Shown: positions 8,287 to 16,520 of the stretch, piece after piece
Position numbering within the stretch: the first letter of the stretch is position 1
How the letters are laid out: the number at the start of each line of letters is the position of its first letter
Assembly (NCBI GenBank): GCA_043822925.1
Contig: JBDRBF010000011.1
Coordinates: 1 to 18,967, forward strand
Length of the DNA stretch: 18,967 nucleotides
DNA from: a bacterium
GTDB lineage: Bacteria > Babelota > Babeliae > Babelales > RVW-14
Reading direction: 5' to 3'
Notes under the pieces: generated by a model
Told to the model about the DNA's origin: nothing
Databases searched by the model: none
The model's input: only the letters and a program-made list of their open reading frames with translations
Program-made: the position numbers and the translations under genes

Positions 8287-8952
8287 TCAAATATCGTAAA
8301 CTTTTTTCTTGGGTTTCTTCTTTTTTAGTTTCTCCATTTCTTTTGATATTAGGATGTCAAAAACTTTGAGTGTCTCTTGGTTATTTATTTCGATTGCGCG
8401 TCCTTTTGCCTCATGAAATCCTGTAAATGTAATTTGTTCTAATAGTTCTTTATCTTCAAATATAGCTTCTATAGTTTTTTGGTCCTCGTTTTCTATTGCT
8501 TCAAGTAATAGATTGTTTAGGGCGTCTTCAGATGTGTCATATTTTGGGTTATTTTGTTTAAGAAGCTGTTTTAATTTTTCGAGTTTTAATTCATTTACGA
8601 GTTTAATTGTTTCAATATTTTGATTGTTTTGGTTTGTTGATGCGTATTTAAGAACAATTGATAAGAAGTTGGGGCCATAAAAATTTTGGTAAATAGCTAG
8701 TTGAGTTTGTGCTCGTTCAGGGTTTTGGTTGATTGAAAATAAGATTTTTGCTCGTATGGTAGCAGGGAAGCTTGTTGGATAATCTGCTGGGTCTGCTCGC
8801 GTGAAGTTTTTCTTGGTGTTATAAGCGTTTGGGACTTGTTTTCTAAGTTTTGTAAGCCAATTATATGTTCTTTGCATGGCGTGCATGTTTACCAGCGAGC
8901 AGGCAAAAAACGAGAAGCAGACGGTCAGTAGTACGCGTTTTTTTGTTTGCAT
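8287..8952 (-). CDS. Secreted MQTKK-family protein, degenerate ankyrin-like
   Basis: MQTKKRVL...MHA|M. LLLEAIENEDQKTIEAIF and AIEINNQETLKVF. Basic C-tail KLKKKKPKKK. AAGGG SD. Confidence 0.75.
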   Translation of the reverse strand: MQTKKRVLLTVCFSFFACSLVNMHAMQRTYNWLTKLRKQVPNAYNTKKNFTRADPADYPTSFPATIRAKILFSINQNPERAQTQLAIYQNFYGPNFLSIVLKYASTNQNNQNIETIKLVNELKLEKLKQLLKQNNPKYDTSEDALNNLLLEAIENEDQKTIEAIFEDKELLEQITFTGFHEAKGRAIEINNQETLKVFDILISKEMEKLKKKKPKKKVYDI

Positions 8953-9054
8953 AGTAAGCCCTTTGTTTTTCGATTTATTGATTTTTGAGATCTTTATTTA
9001 TTACAATTGCATACAAGATTATAGTCTTTTTTTATAGCAAAAAAAGGGGATATT

Positions 9055-10440
9055 GTGCGTATTAAAATAAGTAAGTGTGTTTGTAATAGTTATGTGCTTT
9101 TAATTATCTGTATTTGTGTATGTTTGTTTCAGGTTAGCACTGTAAGCGCTGTTGCTGAGTGGACTATTTTAAATTACATAGAAGCAGATAATAATATAGA
9201 GAGATTTGGCTTGAGTAATATTTCTGTCATGCAAAAAGTAGGTTCGACAGATAACGTAAATATTTTGGCGCAGGTGGATGATGCACATTTTATAAAAACA
9301 TGGCGCTATAAGATTGTAAAAAATGGGATAGCTGAAAATGTGTCGTTAAATCAAGAAATGGGTCTTAATCCAGAACAAGAACTTACGAGTAGTATGACTC
9401 AGTGGGTGTTGCCAAATTATCCAGCTAAACGGTTAATGTTGATACTTTGGAATCATGGTAACGGTATTTTGGATGAGCCTAGTGACAAAGTAAAACTTTT
9501 TAAGAGAAAGAAAGAGCGATTATCTAAAACACAAAACATTGTTCAAAAAGATATTAAAGATTCTGGTTTTAAGCGCGGGATTTTGTACGATTATCATAAT
9601 GATACGTTTTTGAATAATCAGGAACTTGATAGGGCGTTAAGTGTTATTGTTGCACAAAATAATGGAAAAAAAATAGACGTTATAGGCATGGATGCTTGTT
9701 TGATGGCGATGCTTGAAGTTGCATATCAAATAAAAGATTACGCTTGTTATTTTGTTGGATCTGAAAATGTAGAGCGTGTTCCTGGTTGGAATTATGCTGA
9801 TTTTCTTTCAACGTTGGTTGCAAAACCTACAATGGGTGCGCAAGCGCTTGTTCGAGAGATTGTTGCCTCTTTTGCTCAGTTGAATAGGAATGTTAATTTT
9901 TTTACTCAGTCTGCTATTAATCTTGATAAAATAGAGCTTGTAAAAAACGATGTAGACCTTGTTTTACAAGCTCTTGATGCATGTAAAACACTCGCACCAA
10001 GTGAGATTCAGAATGTCGTTGTATCTGCGCGCCGTGACACTCCAGCTTTTTATAAGGGTAATTATATTGATTTGGGCTGTTTCTATAAAAATTTGCTGCG
10101 AGCTTTGTCGAGTGTTACTACGTTAAATGCGAGAGATGGACAAAAAAATAGAGGGCATGTTGCAGATACGCCATATAATCGTGCACGCTCAAATCTCCAG
10201 ATTATTCTTAAAGAGGCTATAAAAAATATACGGGCGGCTGTTCTTGTTTGTATGAATGGAAGTGTTTTTAAAGCTGCGCAGGGGCTTTCTATTTATTTCC
10301 CAAAATCATCTATTCATCCATCGTATGCGCTTACTAAGTTCGCTCAAGAGACGCAGTGGCTGAATTTTATAACAAATTACAAGGCTGCTCAGGACAAAGA
10401 CTTGGATAAAAAAAATGTTCGCGAGAAGTTTCAGGGTTAA
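9055..10440 (+). CDS. Clostripain-family (C11) cysteine protease, secreted; paralog 2
   Basis: GTG start after AGGGG. WTILNYIEADNNI, LILWNHG, GMDACLM, GSEN, GLSIYFP. Signal peptide ends in VSA. Confidence 0.92.
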   Translation: MRIKISKCVCNSYVLLIICICVCLFQVSTVSAVAEWTILNYIEADNNIERFGLSNISVMQKVGSTDNVNILAQVDDAHFIKTWRYKIVKNGIAENVSLNQEMGLNPEQELTSSMTQWVLPNYPAKRLMLILWNHGNGILDEPSDKVKLFKRKKERLSKTQNIVQKDIKDSGFKRGILYDYHNDTFLNNQELDRALSVIVAQNNGKKIDVIGMDACLMAMLEVAYQIKDYACYFVGSENVERVPGWNYADFLSTLVAKPTMGAQALVREIVASFAQLNRNVNFFTQSAINLDKIELVKNDVDLVLQALDACKTLAPSEIQNVVVSARRDTPAFYKGNYIDLGCFYKNLLRALSSVTTLNARDGQKNRGHVADTPYNRARSNLQIILKEAIKNIRAAVLVCMNGSVFKAAQGLSIYFPKSSIHPSYALTKFAQETQWLNFITNYKAAQDKDLDKKNVREKFQG

Positions 10441-11587
10441 TCATCCATTGGTCTATAATTTCTAAAACAGGTTCTCTGGAGCTATCAGGGTTTTGCGTTT
10501 GTGTGTAATCGTTATAGAGCGCGCATATTATGCCATCTGTATACAAGCATGTTGGGAGTGTGTTAAAAGCTTTTAGCGCTTGGTGATTTTGTTCTATTAT
10601 ATTATTACATTTTGATTGGTATGATAGGGGTTCTTGGAAGTCTATACCTATAATTACATGGCTTTTATTTTCTGCTTTTAGATAATTTTGAACATTGGGA
10701 TAAAAATAGAAATTTATAGCGTTATTTTTAGTGCTTTTTGCGTTGAACCAGTTTGTGAATTGGAACCATGTAAAAAGGGTGAATAAAATATCTTTTTGCT
10801 GCTTTTTTGTAAATTCTTCTTTTTCGCATTCGTTTAATACTTTTATTTTTTGGATTATGGTATTTAAAGCGTATTTATTGTTGGTATTGGCAATGTTCCA
10901 TTTACCACAAAGATTTAAAAATTTTGTTGTATTTTCATATGCTGTATCTATTAAATTAATGCGTTTAATTGGAATATTGTTTTTTAGTATTTTTTCTATA
11001 ATTCTTGCTTCGGCAAATAAATTTTGCGACGCGAAAAAAGTTATGGTGATGGGCTCACTGTTAGAGAAGAGTTCTTTTGTTTTTTCGGTGACTTTTTCTT
11101 CGAAGAAGCTTCTGTGGTTCGAGTAGTATCCGAATTTTTCACCTAAAAAATTTTTATATATTTCAAAGTGTTCTATATGTAGCTCTGGTTTGCGATTTAG
11201 GGGGCAATTCCATTGCATGCATTCTTGGATTAAAAAAAATGGATTTTCTTGTGTTTCTGTCATGAGCTCGTTAAATAAGTGCTTTAAGTTTTTTTGATTG
11301 GAAGTTTTTGTGTCATGTCGGATGTGTTGTGTTCTTTTAATATTTTGAGTCCATAGTTTTTTTGTAAAAGCTTCTTGTTGAGCAAGAAAGTATGTTTGCT
11401 CGATTTCTTTTATTTTATTTTCGGGTATTTTCCCATTAAGAGCTTTAACCTCAAAGCCTATATTTTTAGTGTGTTGATTATGTATTTTTTGTTCTGGGTT
11501 TATTTGTAAAACCGGAAGCATAGGGGATATCTTAGGGGTGCTTGCAAAGTATGTAAATGTAAAAAAAATGGCGATTAATTTTTGCAT
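10367..11587 (-). CDS. Secreted hypothetical protein, possible degenerate class I SAM-methyltransferase-like fold
   Basis: 406-aa ORF with signal-like N-terminus. Pattern ITITFFASQNLF...INLIDTAY...VIIGIDF...LYTDGII. Fold call is inference. Confidence 0.7.
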   Translation of the reverse strand: MQKLIAIFFTFTYFASTPKISPMLPVLQINPEQKIHNQHTKNIGFEVKALNGKIPENKIKEIEQTYFLAQQEAFTKKLWTQNIKRTQHIRHDTKTSNQKNLKHLFNELMTETQENPFFLIQECMQWNCPLNRKPELHIEHFEIYKNFLGEKFGYYSNHRSFFEEKVTEKTKELFSNSEPITITFFASQNLFAEARIIEKILKNNIPIKRINLIDTAYENTTKFLNLCGKWNIANTNNKYALNTIIQKIKVLNECEKEEFTKKQQKDILFTLFTWFQFTNWFNAKSTKNNAINFYFYPNVQNYLKAENKSHVIIGIDFQEPLSYQSKCNNIIEQNHQALKAFNTLPTCLYTDGIICALYNDYTQTQNPDSSREPVLEIIDQWMINPETSREHFFYPSLCPEQPCNLL

Positions 11588-11728
11588 GATTTTTCCCCAA
11601 AAAAATTAAGTGCATGTTACGCTTTTAATTTATATTTAAAGAGCAATCTCTTGATTTGTCTAGTTTCAAATATTTATAGTAACGTTAAAAGTTACAACGA
11701 TAAGGGGTCAATCAAGAGGAGAATAGCT

Positions 11729-13030
11729 ATGAAGTGGAATGATAATAAGCGTATTTTTATGTTTCTTATTTTGAATTTGTTTACAATTTTTTTGTTTGCT
11801 CATAAGAGAAAAATTGAGGCTGAGTGGACTATTATAACGTATATGCAAGTGGATAATAATTTAGCGCCATACGCAGGGTATAGTATTAATAGCATGCAAC
11901 AAGCTGGTTCAATCGATCAGGTCAATGTTCTTCTTCAGTTGGATCAGCCAGCAAATAAAAAAACATGGCGTTATAGGATGGAAAAGGGGCGCAAGATTGA
12001 TGTTGGATCTTTGAATCAAGAGATGGGTCTGAATCCTGAAAAAGAGCTTGTTGCGTGTATGCGGTGGGCTAAAGAGAATTATCCAGCCAAGCATTATATG
12101 CTTATTTTATCAAGTCATGGTGGGGGTGTAGACGATGATAGGTCTAGATCATGGTTTAATGTTCCTGAAGTTCCGCTACAAGCAAGTGATGAGCGTGGGA
12201 TTTTGTATGATGATTCTCAAAATACATTTTTGAATAACCAGGGGCTGGCTAGAGCTATGGTGGGTATAAAAAAAGTATTGGGAAAAAAACTTGATATTTT
12301 GGGCATGGATGCTTGTTTGATGGCAATGGTTGAAATAGCATATCAAGTAAAAGGTAGCGTTGATTATCTGGTTGCATCTGAAAACATTGAAAGCGCTAAG
12401 GGTTGGGATTATGCGGGCTTTATGTTGCCGCTTGTTGCGCAACCAATTTTATTTGCTCCTGATGTGTTGGCCCAAAGTATTGTTGTTGCGTACAGTGATT
12501 TTTATGGTGTATCTCGTTCAGATGATTACGATCCTAAGTTTACGTTATCGGCGATTGATATTAATAAAATTATTGTTTTAACCGGTAGTTTAGATGCTGT
12601 TATAAAACAGATTGGTGTATGCGAGAAAACAAATAAAGCAGCTATTGCGCGCATGATAAAATATGCACGCCAGAAAGTATTAGAGTTGTATGTTCCTGAT
12701 TATATAGATCTTGATTCTTTTTATGTTGCTCTTCAAGATAGAATACGAAAAATTATTATGAATCAAAAGATATCTGTGATAAAAGACAAAAACGAACAAA
12801 TAAAAGTGGTAAAAGATGCTGCAGAGTTAAAGAAACTTGATGCATTACTTGTCACTGCTCGTAAAGTTTTAGATAACGCAGTTTTAGCGAGTCTTTCTGG
12901 GCCTACTTATAAAGATGTTCAAGGGATATCAATTTATTATCCAAAGTCTAATATTCACCCAAGTTACAAGAAGACAACGTTTGCTCAAAAAACGGGTTGG
13001 TATACGTTTTTACAAAATAGTAAGAAGTAA
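11729..13030 (+). CDS. Clostripain-family (C11) cysteine protease, secreted; paralog 3
   Basis: ATG 11729 follows a GAGGAG SD. WTIITYMQVDNNL, YPAKHYMLILSSHG, GMDACLM, ASEN, GISIYYP. Confidence 0.92.
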   Translation: MKWNDNKRIFMFLILNLFTIFLFAHKRKIEAEWTIITYMQVDNNLAPYAGYSINSMQQAGSIDQVNVLLQLDQPANKKTWRYRMEKGRKIDVGSLNQEMGLNPEKELVACMRWAKENYPAKHYMLILSSHGGGVDDDRSRSWFNVPEVPLQASDERGILYDDSQNTFLNNQGLARAMVGIKKVLGKKLDILGMDACLMAMVEIAYQVKGSVDYLVASENIESAKGWDYAGFMLPLVAQPILFAPDVLAQSIVVAYSDFYGVSRSDDYDPKFTLSAIDINKIIVLTGSLDAVIKQIGVCEKTNKAAIARMIKYARQKVLELYVPDYIDLDSFYVALQDRIRKIIMNQKISVIKDKNEQIKVVKDAAELKKLDALLVTARKVLDNAVLASLSGPTYKDVQGISIYYPKSNIHPSYKKTTFAQKTGWYTFLQNSKK

Positions 13031-13052
13031 GTATTTTTCGAAAGAAAAAAAT

Positions 13053-14381
13053 ATGATGTTAAGTGTGATGTTAGGTGAAAAAAAGTTACCTTTTGTTTTG
13101 CGTGCGCTTGTTTTATCTGTGTTCGTATCAGGGTTATTTGCGGATTCTATATTTGCAACGGGTAAAACAGATATAAAAGATAATAAAATAATAGTAAGCG
13201 CAGATAAAGCGACAAAAGCAAACGCAGCTTGGACTATTGTCGTGTATATCCAGTCGGATAACGATTTGTATTATTATTCTACGTATAATATTAATGACAT
13301 GCAAAAAGTTGGTTCAACGAGTAATGTGAATATTATTGTTCAGTGGGATCAGCCGAGAAATAATAAAACATGGCGTTATAAAATATTAAAGGGTGGGCGA
13401 ATAGATGTTGGTTCTTTAAGTCAGGAGATGGGTTTAAATCCGGGACAAGAAATTGTTTCTTGTATGCAGTGGGTAAAAAATAATTATCCAGCAGATCGCT
13501 ATATGTTAGATTTGTGGAATCATGGCTCAGGGATTGAAGATCTTGCTCGCCTTGGGCTTTCTTCTCTTGAGCAGGGTGTGATGTATGGCATGATGCGTGG
13601 GATATTATATGATTACTCAGAAAATACATATTTAAATAATCAAGCCCTTGCGAGTTCTATGGCACAAGTCAAAACAATATTAGGTAGAAATCTTGATGTT
13701 CTTGGTATGGATGCTTGTTTAATGGCGATGGTTGAGATTGCCTATCAGGTGAGAGATAGTGTTAATTATTTGGTTGGGTCAGAAAATTTTGAACCGGTAG
13801 AAGGCTGGAATTATTCTGGCTTTTTAAGTCCACTTGTTGCCAGTCCTGTAACAACAACTCCGGCAATACTTGCGCAAAATATTGTGTCTTCTTATGCGAC
13901 TTTTTATACCGGAAAAGTTTCTGATTATACTCAGTCAGCAATAGATGTAACTAAAATTAATAGTATAGCAACATCTCTAGATCAGGTTGTTTTATTGTTG
14001 AATCAGTGTAAGAGTAATCAGCGGCAAAAGACAATCGATATGATTAGATATGCGCGACAGAGTTCTTCAAAGTTTTATTACGATGTCTATATCGATTTAG
14101 ATATGTTTTATGGAGCTCTTTTGGTAAAAACGAGAACATATTTACTCGATAGAAAACTTGCTCTTTCATATAAAAAATCGTTAATTAGTTTAAATACACA
14201 GATAGGGCTTGCGCGTAGTATATTGCGGGGGGCTATTATTGCTAATCGTGTTGGCAATGCGTATAGTAAAGCAAAAGGGCTATCTATCTATTATCCAACC
14301 CATTCTATTGATGCGAGTTATCCACTTACTAATTTTGCTCAGAATACGAATTGGTACACGTTTTTACAAAATAATTTATAA
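13053..14381 (+). CDS. Clostripain-family (C11) cysteine protease, secreted; paralog 4
   Basis: ATG 22 bp after the paralog 3 stop (13056 or 13068 are alternative starts). WTIVVYIQSDNDL, LDLWNHG, GMDACLM, GSEN, GLSIYYP. Confidence 0.92.
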   Translation: MMLSVMLGEKKLPFVLRALVLSVFVSGLFADSIFATGKTDIKDNKIIVSADKATKANAAWTIVVYIQSDNDLYYYSTYNINDMQKVGSTSNVNIIVQWDQPRNNKTWRYKILKGGRIDVGSLSQEMGLNPGQEIVSCMQWVKNNYPADRYMLDLWNHGSGIEDLARLGLSSLEQGVMYGMMRGILYDYSENTYLNNQALASSMAQVKTILGRNLDVLGMDACLMAMVEIAYQVRDSVNYLVGSENFEPVEGWNYSGFLSPLVASPVTTTPAILAQNIVSSYATFYTGKVSDYTQSAIDVTKINSIATSLDQVVLLLNQCKSNQRQKTIDMIRYARQSSSKFYYDVYIDLDMFYGALLVKTRTYLLDRKLALSYKKSLISLNTQIGLARSILRGAIIANRVGNAYSKAKGLSIYYPTHSIDASYPLTNFAQNTNWYTFLQNNL

Positions 14382-14416
14382 AATTTTATTGAGAATTTTT
14401 TGTTGGGAGAGAACGT

Positions 14417-15934
14417 ATACGTGTTAAAGCTGAAAAGTTAAGATACAGTTCTGGGCTGCTTATTTGGTTAGGTTTATTTTTGTTGGGAAATAGCAGTATG
14501 TAAAAGTCAGAGCTTTTGATTATTAAGCAAGTAGGAACTGATTTTCATGCAGTTTCAGAAACTGATCAAAATAAAGATGCTATTTATGACATATTAATGA
14601 AATACCAGTGGCCAATGTGCACAGCAAAGCTTTCTAAGATTTCTTTAAAAGAAAAAAAACAACTTTTTAAATTACAAGAAGATGGTGAAGAGCAGTTTAT
14701 TCAAGAAAAAATTAGAGAGCTGTTGGATGGGGCAGATTATCATGTAGTTTTTGTCCCAACAGTAATATACGAGCTTTATTGTCTTGGTGACGAGATGCTT
14801 TTTAATGAGACAAAATATGGTGCTACTGGCATTGGTTAAGCTACAGCGAAGTTGATTGATGCTCCTATTGTAGATGGCGGTGGAGGAATTATAGAACAAA
14901 CTAAAGATGAGGTGCTACAAAGTTTTATTGATATTAATGATGATGCACGCACAAAAACATGTTTTTATCATATTAATCAAAAGTTATGGGAGTATTTGCA
15001 AAAGCAGGATCAAGATCTTTCTTCGGTAAAATTAGCGACGCTTTTTGCGGATAAAAACGAGGCAAAAAGAATAATTTCAGTTTTAATTTCTCAGGCTAAA
15101 AAATTAGACCGTGAAAAACGGTATGCTTATGTCGAAATTCTTCATAATGCGTACATACCTGAACAAAAAGAAACGTACGATCAGCAGTATGGCGTTGATG
15201 ACGTAATTGGTTACTTATCAGCTCCATCAGCCAGATCTTTGTTTTTTGATATTTTGCAGAAAGAATTGGATGCGAAAAAAAACAATAAAGCATTGCTTTA
15301 CCGTGGTATTAAAACGCATCAAGCGCCTGTTATGATTAAAGAATCAAAAGAAAGAACGGTTTTAGAGCGGCCCGTACTTGATAAACCAGTAAGATTTACG
15401 GGGTCAGAGAAATCTCTGGAATATTTAAAGATCAAGACTCTTGCGCGTTTCCGTTATTTGTAAGCGCTGAGCGTGGTTATATTGTTGCGCTTGATAAAAA
15501 AAGATTTTCATCTCGTGAGCTTTCAAAATTATTTTTTATTTCGCCTTTAACAACATGTGCGGCGTTGCTTAGCTTTTTTAATCTATGGCATTTACGGTGG
15601 ATGTTATGACCGTTCTGGCCTTATTTATCAGCAGGGAGATGTTGCGCAACCCTTGGCTAGATTGTCTCGTTATCTTTCACAAAATACAGCTATCTTATCT
15701 AAGCAATGGGTTCCAGAGCGGGGAGCCAAAGAAATAAGCGGAGAACAGGCTCAAGCTGATTTTTTTATAACGCTATATGCTGTTCAAAAATGGAAAGATT
15801 TAGTCAAAGCAAAAAAATAAAAAAAGGCGCTTGTGGTACCTGAAAAAAAAGAAGAATTACAAGAAGAGCCATCGCAAGAAAAATCATTACAACAAGGACA
15901 AGTACAGCAGGAAACTAAAAAAAACGGAGGCTAA
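14417..15934 (+). pseudogene. Fragmented gene for a secreted hypothetical protein (covers listed ORFs 14516..14839, 14852..15463, 15557..15820)
   Basis: GGGAG SD followed by ATA at 14417 (probable ATG->ATA) and a signal-like RVKAEKLRYSSGLLIWLGLFLLGNSSM. In-frame TAA at 14501, 14837 and 15818. A protein-like segment in another frame at ~15412-15580 (SGIFKDQDSCAF...GYIVALDKK...LFFISPL). E/Q/K-rich tail ends at TAA 15932-15934. Confidence 0.75.
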
Positions 15935-16011
15935 TTTTTTCTGGGTTTTTATAGCGTTAGGCGATGTCGACTTTTGGGGCTATTTTTTGTTTTAGTGATT
16001 TAAAAATTGAG

Positions 16012-16047
16012 AGAGGCAGGGGCGTAAAACTCCTGCCTCTTTCTTTT
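16012..16047 (+). terminator. Rho-independent terminator
   Basis: agaggcagggg-cgtaaaa-ctcctgcctct stem-loop followed by ttctttt. Confidence 0.75.
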
Positions 16048-16053
16048 AAGCAT

Positions 16054-16315
16054 ATGAAGAGGGGAAACTCTTGTTTTTGGTCAAAAGGGGGTGTTAGTTT
16101 TGGTTGGGTTATTAATTGTTTAGGGTTTTGTGGATTTTTACGGAGAGGGTTTACTCAAAGAGACAGGAGAGTTACAAAAGAAAAAGTTAGAAGAAGATAA
16201 GAAAAAACAGGTAAAAATAAAAATCACGAGCTTGTCCGACGCTATTAGTCTTTTGTCTGACCGGTTAAAAATGCTGGCTAAAAAAATGGCAGAAGTAAAA
16301 AAGAGCCTAGGTTAA
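16054..16315 (+). pseudogene. Remnant of a small secreted coiled-coil protein (includes listed ORF 16130..16315)
   Basis: ATG 16054 (MKRGNSCFWSKG), apparent frameshift in a G5 run, then hydrophobic VLVLVGLLIV, TAG at 16121, continuing in frame into a heptad helix. Confidence 0.45.
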
Positions 16316-16520
16316 AAATAAACGGGATGGATTTTGTAGGGGGGGGATAAAACTCTAGCCGCTCTTTTTGGGGTATATTGCCACAAGGCAAGAAATATGC
16401 TTACATGTGCATGTGAAACCAGTAGACTTGATCCCGAAATAAATTTGGGATGATAGGTCGCAAGATCTCAACAATTGTGTTACGCAAATAATAATATAAT
16501 TTTAAAAAGGGGAGAAATAT

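Noticed and set aside
11582-13052. ORF-track starts at 11582 and 12915 (also 5378)
   Set aside because: Downstream ATGs (11729, 13053, 5423) give proper signal peptides, avoid overlaps and in two cases have clear SD sequences.
14417-15934. TAA stop-codon reassignment (all interruptions in one frame are TAA)
   Set aside because: Intact genes here (leuS, C11 paralogs, NUDIX) end in TAA, and the middle segment reads better in another frame. Mutational decay is sufficient.
16425-16475. Two small hairpins (atcccgaa..tttgggat; aggtc-gcaa-gatct) upstream of the NUDIX gene as a possible ncRNA
   Set aside because: Short stems, single occurrence and no family motif recognised; cannot be supported without a covariance search.
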